Assembly (NCBI RefSeq): GCF_004010195.1
Contig: NC_057749.1
Span: forward strand, 15,982,170 to 16,002,169
Direction of reading: 5' to 3'
Origin: Chiloscyllium plagiosum
Lineage: Eukaryota
Length of the DNA stretch: 20,000 bases
Shown here: piece by piece, positions 11,255 through 20,000 of the stretch
Numbering within the stretch: the first letter of the stretch is position 1
How the letters are laid out: the number at the start of each line of letters is the position of its first letter
The notes under the pieces: generated by a model
Database searches by the model: none
The model's input: the letters and a program-made list of their open reading frames with translations, nothing else
What the model was told of the DNA's origin: nothing
Translations under genes and position numbers: made by a program

Positions 11255-11600
11255 GAATCTAGGCTCAACACAAGTACGAGGCCATTTAGCCCCTCAGGTT
11301 GGTCCCACTCATTAATGAGATTCTGGTTGATCTACATCTTTAATTCCAAGTCCCCACCCTGGACCACAATCCTTACAAACCTTGATCAGCAATTATCCAC
11401 CAATCTGAGTTTTGAAATTCTCAAGGTACCCTTACTCTGAAAGGTCATTTAGGTCAGGAGCTCAGGTTTTCACTATCCATTGTTTGAAGAGCAACAGCAT
11501 CACTCTTACATGGCCTAGTTCTAATTTTAATGAGATGCTCTTGTGCTGGATTTGCCCAGAGAAAATAGCTTCTATCCTCTCAGTTCCTTTAGTAAATTGT
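11255..11600 (-). mobile_element. Old CR1 LINE 3' fragment
   Basis: The terminus gaggccatttagcccctcagg...cattaatgagattctggttgatct parallels 1465-1520. Minus strand has HKSISLKLELGH and QWIVKTW-like remnants. Confidence 0.7.
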
Positions 11601-11832
11601 CCTCTCCAGACGTGATATTCTGTTATGTGATTCCCTTTGTGCACTGTCCTGCTCGTGTGAAATTTCCTAGATGTAGCTCCCTCCGGGAGCCCATATCCCA
11701 ACAGTGACCTTTAGTGGTTATATAATAAGAAGCATCCAACGTAAGCCTGCCCTGACCTGAAGACATGACTCAGTAGGGATTATAAAACAGCTAGCTGTAT
11801 TGGGAAGGACTAACCCAGATGTTGACTCCTGT

Positions 11833-11925
11833 CAGTTCTGAAGAAGTCATTCAACCAGAAACATCGACTGCATTTTCTCTCTATAGTTGTTGCCACCACA
11901 TTTTACCAGCACTTTATTTTTCAAT
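11833..11925 (+). mobile_element. Decayed Penelope-type terminal repeat fragment
   Basis: agttctgaagaagtcattcaaccagaaacatcgactgcattttctctctatagttgttgcc resembles the recalled shark repeat ctgaagaagggtca...gaaacgttaactctg...ctctccacagatgctgcc. Confidence 0.6.
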
Positions 11926-12061
11926 TGATATTTTTATTAAAATTTTGTTTCCTCTTCAGGTATTTTAAAACATTTTCACTTCTAGTGAGTTTTGAGAAGA
12001 TTTGTAGCTTAGGTTGAGGTTCTGGATGTAGGTTTGCTCACTGAGCTGGAAAATTCATTTC

Positions 12062-12099
12062 CAGACATTTCGTCACCATACTAGGTAACATCATCAGTG
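12062..12099 (-). ncRNA. Minimal type-I hammerhead ribozyme motif in the Penelope pseudo-LTR
   Basis: Minus strand reads CA-CUGAUGA-U-GUUACC-uaguau-GGUGAC-GAAA-U-GUC-UG. Both core boxes, a 6-bp stem II and the GUC triplet are intact. The stem-III palindrome ACGU has become AUGU. Confidence 0.7.
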
Positions 12100-12660
12100 A
12101 GCTTCCCTCCAGTGAAGCACTGGTGTTAGTGACCCACTTCCTATTTATGTGTTTAGGTTTTCTTGGGTTGGTGACGTCATTTCTTGTTCTTTTCCTCAGA
12201 GGGTAGTAAATGGGGTCTAAGTCAATATGTTTGTTGACCACAAACCCACCAATACAAACTTGAAAGACCATATACAGACAACAAACAAAATTAGTGTCAT
12301 TTACAAAATACCTTGCAAGAACTGCAACAAACACTACATTGAACAAACAGGCAGAAAACTAGCCACCAGGATATATGAACATCAACTAGCCACAACAAGA
12401 CATGACCTACTCTCACTAGTATTCTTACATATAGATGGGGACAACACATCCATCCTAGAACAAGCCAAACAGACACGCACGAGAATTCCTAGAAGCATGG
12501 CATTCCAACCGGAACTCTATCAACAAACACTCCACGTACCACCCTCTGAGAAAAAGAACAGGACATGGCATCATCACAGGAAATGACATCACAAATCTAG
12601 GAAAACCTAAACACATCAATCGAAGGCAGGTCACTAACACCAGTGCTTCATTCAGAGGCG

Positions 12661-12698
12661 CACTGATGATGTTACCTGGTATGGTAATGAAACATCTG
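12661..12698 (+). ncRNA. Minimal type-I hammerhead ribozyme motif, second copy
   Basis: CA-CUGAUGA-U-GUUACC-ugguau-GGUAAU-GAAA-C-AUC-UG. Core boxes and stem II are intact. ACGU has become ACAU. Confidence 0.65.
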
Positions 12699-12894
12699 AA
12701 AACGAACCTTCTAGCTCAGTGAGCAAATATACATCCAAAACTTTGCTTCTGATTACAAAGTAATATTTTTGTCAAAGGACCCATTATTTTAATAAATATT
12801 CAAAAAATCTTACAGCAAAAAGAAAACAATATGACTTTTAAAATAAAATAAAGTTGTAAAATGAATCAGAAATTATTAAGATTTAAATTGAAGT

Positions 12895-13055
12895 AGTGAA
12901 AGTTTTCAAAAAGGAGATGGCTATAGATGTTAGGGCTAAAGGGAACAAAGGGTATGGTCAAAAGCAGGAATAGGACACTGATTGGAATGGTTAGCCATGA
13001 ACAAATTGAATGGTGGGACAGGCATGAAGGGGTGAAGGGCCTACCCCATTTCATA
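12895..13055 (+). mobile_element. Short CR1 LINE 3' terminus
   Basis: aagggtatgg...agccatgaacaaattgaatggtgggacaggcatgaaggggtgaagggcctacccc fits a shark CR1 3' UTR and is the reverse counterpart of 1465-1520. Confidence 0.8.
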
Positions 13056-13283
13056 GAGAAAAAGAAATTAGAAAAGAACAAGTTCGGAAATTCTGGCACC
13101 ACAACCCATTTTTACAAAAATACAAGATGCGGCATTTCAATGGCAGTTTCTCAACTGATACAATATCAAGAAAGATAATTTGAAATTTAATGACCGGTAC
13201 ACAATTTCCTGTTTCTAAATCTTAATTCCTGATGGCGTGCACATCTAGCACATTAAACATTGTAGACTTCTATGTCAACATTT

Positions 13284-13534
13284 GCTATCAGATTTTGCCA
13301 TAACAAATGTAATAATTGTATTACAAGATCTGGCCAGCAGGTGGTCAAATGAAGTGGGTTTCTGAAGTCTCTCCAACTCCAACTCATCATCTTGCAAATA
13401 CTTCAAGAAAGGCTGCATTAATCGGTGAGGTCACTGCCAGATGGAGTGTTGCAGTCTGCAAGTGCTAGAGACGAGTGAATTGTACCTGACTGAATTTGGC
13501 AAAAATGACTATCTGTTATGCCAAAATTCAATCC
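13284..13534. mobile_element. Putative ancient non-autonomous DNA transposon (MITE/Harbinger-like), about 250 bp
   Basis: Inverted repeat attttgccataacaaat (13292-13308) versus atctgttatgccaaaat (13511-13527), 15 of 17 positions complementary. Confidence 0.45.
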
Positions 13535-13839
13535 AAGCAGAAACAAGTAAGCAGACCACAACAATTTCTCACATTAAATTTTAAACTAGTTTTAAAACCA
13601 GGAAATCACAGCATAATTACAATCAGCTGATAAATTTCCTTGTATGTCAATGCTTCTGGGGGCTGTTAAATAGCCTGGTCTCTATACAGGCGCATTACAA
13701 ATTTGTGACAATTAATCAGCTCCCTTCTATTCAAACCAGTAACTCTCCTATCAAAGAAATTTACAGGCTGATTATAATTGTTGTTGTGTTTTCCCAGATT
13801 TTACAAACATTTTAAAATTTAAATGCTACGCCAGTGATC

Positions 13840-14050
13840 AGTAATGGTAACTATCATAACTATCTGGTTCAGCATTGAGAGAAATTTCCCATCCTTACCC
13901 AGTCTGGTCTACATGTGACTCTAATCCCACAAGTTTACTCTCAACTGCCCTCTGGAATAATTGAGTAAGCTACTCAGTTTTAGAATAATTAGGAATGGGC
14001 AACAAACATTGACCACGCTAGTAATGCCTATATTCCATGAAAGTACAAAG
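13840..14050 (+). mobile_element. Decayed elasmobranch SINE body and 3' tail
   Basis: catccttacccagtctggtctacatgtgactc...ctcaactgccctctgg...ggaatgggcaacaaa matches a recalled abundant shark SINE. A more decayed copy lies near 16490-16595. Confidence 0.7.
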
Positions 14051-15039
14051 GAAAAGAATTATGAAGTGAAGCTGGTGCTAATTATTTAGTTGTTCAGCAA
14101 TGAAAAGCAGTATACCGTGTCTGTACTCACCATGCATCTCACAAACACTTGCAACACTGAGAACTTAGTCTCTTCCCACTCTAGTTAACGGTAGATCAGC
14201 TAAATTAGCACAGATCAGACTAAAACCAAGGATGCTTCTTCCTGTCTAACTTAACTCCACTTACCCAAGAGAGCAGCCATCTGTAGTCTGAAATCTGTCA
14301 GCAGGAAATGGACATTTGGCAGATTTAGGGCATACATACATTATAAAACTCTTAAAGTTTGACATTTTTGCAAGATTCCTGTGCCAAGAGGAACAAGTCC
14401 AATAGTAAAGTGCATTCACTGTAATTGGATGAAGTTCCTCAGTTTTCTTCTTGTATCACATATTGTTAACTGCCTAGAGGACAAATAAAAATAACTGTTT
14501 TTAATCAACTTGGTTGTGCAGGAGTATAACTCTGGATCACACTGTCCTGCCTCTGGGAAGTTCTAGGACTTAATTTCTTATTTAAATAACAGTCTGAGCA
14601 ACACAAAAGTGGAAGATATTTCAGTGAATAATGAACGCTACCTAAATACAAACACAGCTCCACTTTCCTACCACCCACAGCAATCCTTTTAAGATGCTAA
14701 TACAGGAATTGGATGTTAAAGAATGCTAAAACACAGATAATTTTGACATTGATAGTCCAACATTATTGCATATTGCTCATGGACAGCAAATTGTATCTGG
14801 AATCACAGCAAAGGTTGTTGTACTGGTGTAGAGATGTGCAACTTGCCAATCTATTACTGTGCTATACCCAAAGTCCTTTATAGAAAAGTCGATGGTAGAA
14901 ACCAGACAGACTGCTAAATGACATAGTGACATACTACCTTATTAGTCAGAGTTGCATTTATTATATAGTCCCACCCTCATTCTGGTGTAGGGCTAACCAG
15001 CGTGATGATGTTGTAGTACCAAATATAGCTCCACACTTT

Positions 15040-15900
15040 GGCCTCTTCTGGAGTGGATTAGATTAGATTAGATTCCCTACAGTGTGGAAACAGGCCCTTT
15101 GGCCCAACTAGTCCACACTGACCCTCCGAAGAGTAACCCACCCAGACCCATTCCGCCTAACTAATGCACCTAACTCTATGGGCAATTTAGCATGACCAAT
15201 TCACCTAACCTGCACATCTTCGATCTGTGGGAGGAAACCGGAGCACCCGGAGGAAACGCAGTCACGGGGAGAACGTGCAAATTCCACACAGACAGTCGCC
15301 TGAGGCTAGAATTGAACCCAGGTCCCTGGTGTTGTGAGGAGGCAGTGCTAACCACTGAGCCACCATGCTACCCAGAGTACATTGTGCAGTTCCAGTTGCC
15401 CTGATATAGGAAGGATATTATTAAAATTGGAGGGGGCTCAGAAAAGATTTACCAGGAAATTGCCAGGAATGGAGGGCTTGAATGATTAAAATAAGCAGGA
15501 GGGTGGGACCTATTTCACTGGGGCATAGGCGGTTGAAGGGTGGCCTTAACGAAGTTTATGAAATCATGAGGGGCATGGATAAGAATAACAAGGGTCTTTT
15601 CCCTTGGGTGTGGGAGTTCAAAACTAGGGGGCACATTTTTAAGGTGACCGGAGAAAGTTTTAAAAAGGGCACGAGGGTCAACTTTTTCTTTTTACACGAA
15701 TTGCAATAAACTGCCAGAAGAAGTGATATATGTGGGTACAGTTCCAATATTTAAAAGCCATTTGGATAATTTCACGAATAGGAAAGGTTTGGAGGGATAT
15801 GGGCCATACACAGGCAGGTGGGACTAGTTCAGCTTGGAAACATGGTCAGCACGGACGAGTCAGACTGAAGGATCTGTTTCCAGCTGTTTGACTCTAGGTG
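15040..15900 (+). mobile_element. CR1 LINE 3' fragment interrupted near its 5' end by the HE1 SINE
   Basis: ggcctcttctggagt (15040-15054, PLLE) resumes after the SINE as gagtacattgtgcagttc. ORF 15482..15709 contains RRLKGGLNEVYEIMRGMDK...TRGHIFKV. Confidence 0.88.
15055..15373 (-). mobile_element. Near full-length HE1 V-SINE
   Basis: Head gggtagcatggtggctcagtggttagcac, B box GGTTCAATTCT, V domain tttgcacgttctccccgtg...tttcctccgggtgctccggtttcctccc, and an (AATCT)n tail. Confidence 0.95.
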
Positions 15901-15915
15901 ACACAACCAATATTA

Positions 15916-16428
15916 CATAGAACATAGAACATAGAAGAATACAGCGCAGTACAGGCCCTTGGGCCCTCGATGTTGCGCCGATCCAAGCCCACCTAAACTA
16001 CACTAACCCACTATCCTCCATATACCTATCCAATGCCCTCTTAAATGCCCATAAAGAGGGAGAGTCCACCACTGTTACTGGCAGGGCATTCCATGAACTA
16101 ACGACTCGCTGAGTGAAGAACCTACCCCTAACATCAGTCCTATATCTACCCCCCCTTAATTTAAAGCTATGCCCCCTTGTAATACCCGACTCAATACGCG
16201 GGAAAAGGTTCATACTGTCGACCCTATCTAACCCCCTAATCATCTTGTACACCTCAATCAAGTCACCCCTAAACCTTCTTTTCTCTAGTGAAAACAGCCC
16301 CAAGTGCCTCAGTCTTTCCTCATACGATTTTCCTTCCATACCAGGCAACATCCTGGTAAACCTCCTCTGCACCCGTTCCAATGCCTCCACATCCTTCCTA
16401 TAGTATGGCGACCAAAACTGCACACAAT
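15916..16428 (-). mobile_element. Young 5'-truncated CR1 (HER1-like) LINE with an intact ORF2 C-terminus
   Basis: ORF 15998..16423 is uninterrupted (VQFWSPYYRKDVEALERVQRRFTRMLPG...FFTQRVVSSWNALP). It has a (TTCTATG)n tail and a candidate TSD caatatt at 15908-15914 and 16431-16437. Confidence 0.96.
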
Positions 16429-16624
16429 CACAATATTGCTTTAGGTTGTGAAAATGTACTCAATAACTTTGCTAATTTGTGGGCTAGCACTAGGAAAGGC
16501 TACTGGACTTCTTTTAAAAACTCAGATGATTCGTCAATGTCCTATGGAGAAAGAAACGGTGAGAAACTGCACAATCTGGTCTACACAACATGAGATCATA
16601 CCATGATCGTCTGTTTATGCATCC

Positions 16625-17345
16625 CACCATTCAGAGCCTTAAAAACACTCCTTCCAGGCAAGAAAGCAATGTACTTGTACTTCTTCCAATGTGGAATATT
16701 GCATGTTCTGCTCACAATGCAGTCTCCTCCATATTGGAGAGAGTAAACTTAGATTGAGTGATTGCTTTCCTGAAAACCTCTATTTGGTCCACAGCATGAC
16801 CTAGAATTTTCAGTGGTTTGTCATCTTCTCTGTCCCACTCTGATCTCAGCTTCATGTACTTTTCCAATGAAGTTCAATGTAACCTTGAGATAAAGCATCT
16901 AATCTTTCAATTAAGCAACTTTGAGCCTCTGGACACAACACAATCAATTAATTAGAACATGACTGTTACATGCACTTTTTTTTGGAAAGTAGGTAGTGGT
17001 AATGGTTCTACTTTTGGCAAGTTATAGAGGTTTATAAAATCATGAGGGGCATAGATAAGATGAATAACAAGGGTCTTTTCCCTCAGGTGCATCTCTGTGA
17101 CACCTTTATTTTTGCTTTTTCTATTTGTATCTCCTTTTGTCTTACATTATCCCTTTTGTCGTTTCATCTCTTGCCTTCCACCCTGTCAGCTTCTCTTTTC
17201 AGTCCCTTCATTCTCCATTTTTGAGCTTACTTAAAACTGTTAAACTTCTAACTTACTTGATTTCAGATAAATAATCATCAACATTAAAAAGTAACATTAT
17301 TTATCTCTCCCCAGATGCATTTTTCAGCATTTCTGATTATATTTT
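16625..17345 (+). mobile_element. Old Penelope-like element of a different family: GIY-YIG domain plus decayed 3' region
   Basis: From 16646 it reads HSFQARKQCTCTSSNVEYCMFCSQCSLLHIGESKLRLSDCFPENL, matching FTCxSSNVVYCIxCxxCGLLYIGETKRRLGDRFAEHL. A terminal repeat relic ctctccccagatgc lies near 17305-17320. Confidence 0.8.
17020..17090 (+). mobile_element. Small CR1 fragment nested in the Penelope relic
   Basis: atagaggtttataaaatcatgaggggcatagataagatgaataacaagggtcttttccct is nearly identical to 15550-15604. Confidence 0.85.
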
Positions 17346-18089
17346 TAAAATGTATTAATTACAGAAGAATGGAATAATATAAGTCAAAACTCTTGATAGC
17401 ACAGTTAGATGCACACATTTTATTGAGGTCATTTCAATTAAATGTGTCAGTGAACATTTGTGGTCAGAATTTTAAATTAAAGAGTTTATTAAATAGACGC
17501 AATCAATGCTTAGAAATGAAACATGTTAAAATCTACACCGAATGAAAGTGCGTTCAGCAACAAACACAGTACCAGCTTCACCTACAATGTCTTGTCATTC
17601 TCACCTTGGATACCCTGATCTACTTCAAAACAATGAACGCACCTCATTCTCTGTTGACATACAATCTCTCTGCCTCTAACATCTTTACCAAAGGCCTGTT
17701 TTTCGTTTGCATGTACAAACAGCAAATTTCAGCCAAGTTTGCAACCCTGTCAAACCTTCCCATGCAGAGAAGCATCAGAGTAAAATGTGAAGTACCACAG
17801 GCAGTGTTGGACTGTGGAATGCATTCCAGTAAAGGAAACAAGGGGTTAGGGAAAAAAAAAACAGACAGCAGGCTAACCACTGAAATCTTAAATTACTATT
17901 GTATTTGTTCCAGAAAAGAGAGGAACAGAAAATTACTGAGGATTATACCTCACCACCCCCCACCATAGCTCCAGCACACACAAAGAACTACAAAGAATAT
18001 ACCAGACAGCTGTGTAATCCTAAAATGGAAATTGATTTCATTTCAAATCTCTCTGGTGCTGCCTCTTTTCATTTCTATTAAGGGCTCTA

Positions 18090-18900
18090 TATGAAAGTAA
18101 ATCCCTACACCAATGCTGCAAATGTAAAATTGGAGGTTCAAAAGTTCAACTTCCCAATTCTTCAATGCAAATATCAAAATTTTGGAGAGTGCTTTTATCT
18201 GAATGAAGCACTGGATTGTATGATAGCTCTGAACAAGCAGAAAGGCTCCAGTTGTGAAAAGGGATTAATCATTAGGAAGTCAATGCACTCACTGCCTTGG
18301 AGGCTTTTCACTCATTGTGCTGTACTCGGAGGCGTGCTACATGTGATGAGTGGAGAAGTTCACAGTATTTGTTGTGGAATGATGTGACACAGCAAAGCAA
18401 TGCAACTCTCACTACCTTTGAAAGTTAAGGCGGTAACAACTTTACATTCAACATTACATTAAAATATGCTGCTCAATACATTTAGAATATTGAATCTTTT
18501 GAAAATACATCGCCTAGAATTAGCTTCAATGCCTTGCACTATGAAGAAACTGAAGAGGACAAGTGACCCTGCTCCTGATGGCTATGCTACAACACCTGCT
18601 AAAATGTTTGAAAGAGAGATACCAATGAATGAGATCAGTGAAAGGGAGCATGGCATTGATGCCTCACAGTCGAACAGCCAATTGACACTGACAGTCTGGA
18701 TGTGCATGCGAAGTATAGCCAATGTAATGGAAGGCCTTGAAATCTGTACAGAAAAAAAAACCTTGTGGTTTGCACAAGCTAGTGAAATGTGCTCCACTGT
18801 TTTCGGAACAGTAACAACAGTATCTTTGGCCAAGTAGCTGAGTGGAGTTGTTGCTCTGTCTAAGTGTCACACTGGTAGTGTCTATACCAACAGAGCCAGA
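18090..18900 (+). mobile_element. Probable heavily deleted PIF/Harbinger transposon relic
   Basis: Motifs appear in order: ALDCMIAL (cf. AIDCTHVAL), KG..HSL (cf. RKGFHSL), GGVLH, then frameshifted EKFTVFVVE*C..HSKAMQ (cf. SGGxLQYxPEKVxxFVVxCCxLHNxA). ORF 18466..18837 may be a relic of the second Harbinger ORF. Confidence 0.45.
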
Positions 18901-19569
18901 GTGGGTGTACGATTGTTTGACCATTGATTGCTGTTCCACGAATTGGGCCAAAAAGGCCTTGAGCCCATTCCTACTAAAAGCAATGGATTTATCCAGAAAT
19001 TCTGAGGAACAAAGAGCCTAAAGAGTACTCCACAATACATTTCTTCTATTCTGGCATTCACCACTTACTTTAAACTCCCTAAAGGATGCAATAGCATTGC
19101 CGAGGCTTCAACAAGGATACACATTCCTGTTTGGCAGCTGTATGACTAAGCATAGATTTGGCACTATTCTGCATTTTGTTTCACAAGATTTTGTTGTAAC
19201 ATTGAAAAAGGGAGAGCCTTCACTGGAAAATAAAATGGGAAGGGAAAGATACATTGAAACTGCAGTTTAGAAAACTGAATACACAGAGAAACTGACATGA
19301 GCAAAGTGCAGAGAAAGAAATAAATGTTAAAAGTAGACAAAGGCTTAAAAACAGCTCTGTGCCCTTGTATCTATTCTGGCTAAGTGGAGTTGATATTCAT
19401 TGCTGGCAGACATCAGATAGCGAGAGGCTGCATGAGGCTCATTTGCATTCAGTTGGTCAGCTGCACTGTGAATTCTAATTGCAGGTAGTTTCGAGCTTGC
19501 TGGGGGCAGAATGCTCCAACAAAGGTTTAAAATGGGCAGCTTGAGTTGATCCGGGGCAGGTGTGTGTAT

Positions 19570-19583
19570 GGGGGGGGGGGGGG
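19570..19583 (+). repeat. G14 homopolymer
   Basis: Read directly. Confidence 0.9.
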
Positions 19584-19733
19584 TGAAATAAGCAACAAGG
19601 CCAGCTTAATGCCCATCTTCATCATCAAAAGGTGATATGGTTATCACTCCCACAGCTGCTTCCAGAGATTCCTTCATATAGAACTGGCCATCTGCTATTT
19701 TGTGCAGTAGGTATAACACTCAATGGATTCTGC

Positions 19734-20000
19734 AATGGCTCGGTAACGTCATCTCAGGCTGACATCATGAGGATCAGTAAATCCTTCTATGCTAGTCTGT
19801 ATGACTCGAAGCCAACCGACAGCGCGGCCTCCAAGTCGTTCCTGTCCTCTATCACGGAGGTCTTAGACGACAGAACACGGGAGAGGCTGGACCAGCCGCT
19901 ATCTCTGGACGAGCTGACCAAGGCCCTCGAGTCCTTCGAAAAGAATAAAACTCCCGGAAGCGACGGCTTACCGGTCGAGCTCTATTCCGCTCTTTGGGAC
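19734..20000 (+). mobile_element. Young 5'-truncated Tx1-like (L1 clade) non-LTR retrotransposon ORF2, running off the window
   Basis: 89 open codons: NGSVTSSQADIMRISKSFYASLYD...LDQPLSLDELTKALESFEKNKTPGSDGLPVELYSALWD, containing the pre-RT KTPGxDG motif. GC and CpG content rise sharply at about 19735. Confidence 0.93.

Larger units (their letters stand above)
11984..12741 (+). mobile_element. 5'-truncated Penelope-like element: GIY-YIG domain plus pseudo-LTR, preceded by an inverted pseudo-LTR copy
   Basis: ORF 12227..12586 contains VIYKIPCKNCNKHYIEQTGRKLATRIYEHQ. Inverted arms lie at 12019-12237 and 12520-12741, with the inversion junction near 12238. Confidence 0.92.

Noticed and set aside
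14100..14280. Faint reverse tRNA-SINE-like stretch; similar faint repeats at 6400-6665, 9780-10030 and 19370-19730
   Set aside because: Too decayed to assign family or boundaries without a profile search.
16113..16403. 96-aa plus-strand ORF, and similarly 6015..6350, 12038..12346, 2446..2763, 3165..3392 and 3299..3559
   Set aside because: These are antisense or off-frame shadows of CR1 and Penelope sequence.
19441..19448. Octamer ATTTGCAT near the G14 run
   Set aside because: An isolated 8-mer in probable repeat-derived sequence, with no snRNA gene or promoter context.
10888..20000. Search for the preceding PPIP5K1 exon (VLSETSS...EMKQSGL)
   Set aside because: Not found by eye, so it probably lies beyond 20000. 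A divergent copy could have been missed.
1..20000. Prokaryote-type systems (CRISPR array, retron, operon) or an endogenous virus
   Set aside because: There are no repeat-spacer arrays, long ORFs or viral motifs. All RT and endonuclease signals are explained by eukaryotic retrotransposons.

Overview
This is AT-rich vertebrate DNA, very probably from a shark or other elasmobranch, judging by the HE1/V-SINEs, shark-type CR1 LINE 3' ends and Penelope-like elements. The window appears to lie inside a minus-strand PPIP5K1 gene (bifunctional InsP6/PP-InsP5 kinase). Two phase-1 coding exons of its C-terminal disordered region are recognisable: 10762-10887 ([32 protein letters not shown]...) and 5207-5269 (EMLSMPAVKRFSVSFAKHPTN). 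The rest is intron rich in transposon relics. These include a CR1 carrying three nested insertions, two Penelope-like elements with inverted pseudo-LTRs holding hammerhead-ribozyme motifs, an older GIY-YIG Penelope relic, two HE1 SINEs, several CR1 3' ends (one young), probable Harbinger and Chapaev-type DNA transposon relics, and a young 5'-truncated Tx1/L1-clade LINE at the right edge. I see no convincing new biological system. The best leads are the intronic hammerhead motifs, a 50-bp insertion with a 15-bp target-site duplication and an internal inversion, and candidate cassette or poison exons of PPIP5K1. All family assignments come from recalled motifs, not database searches.
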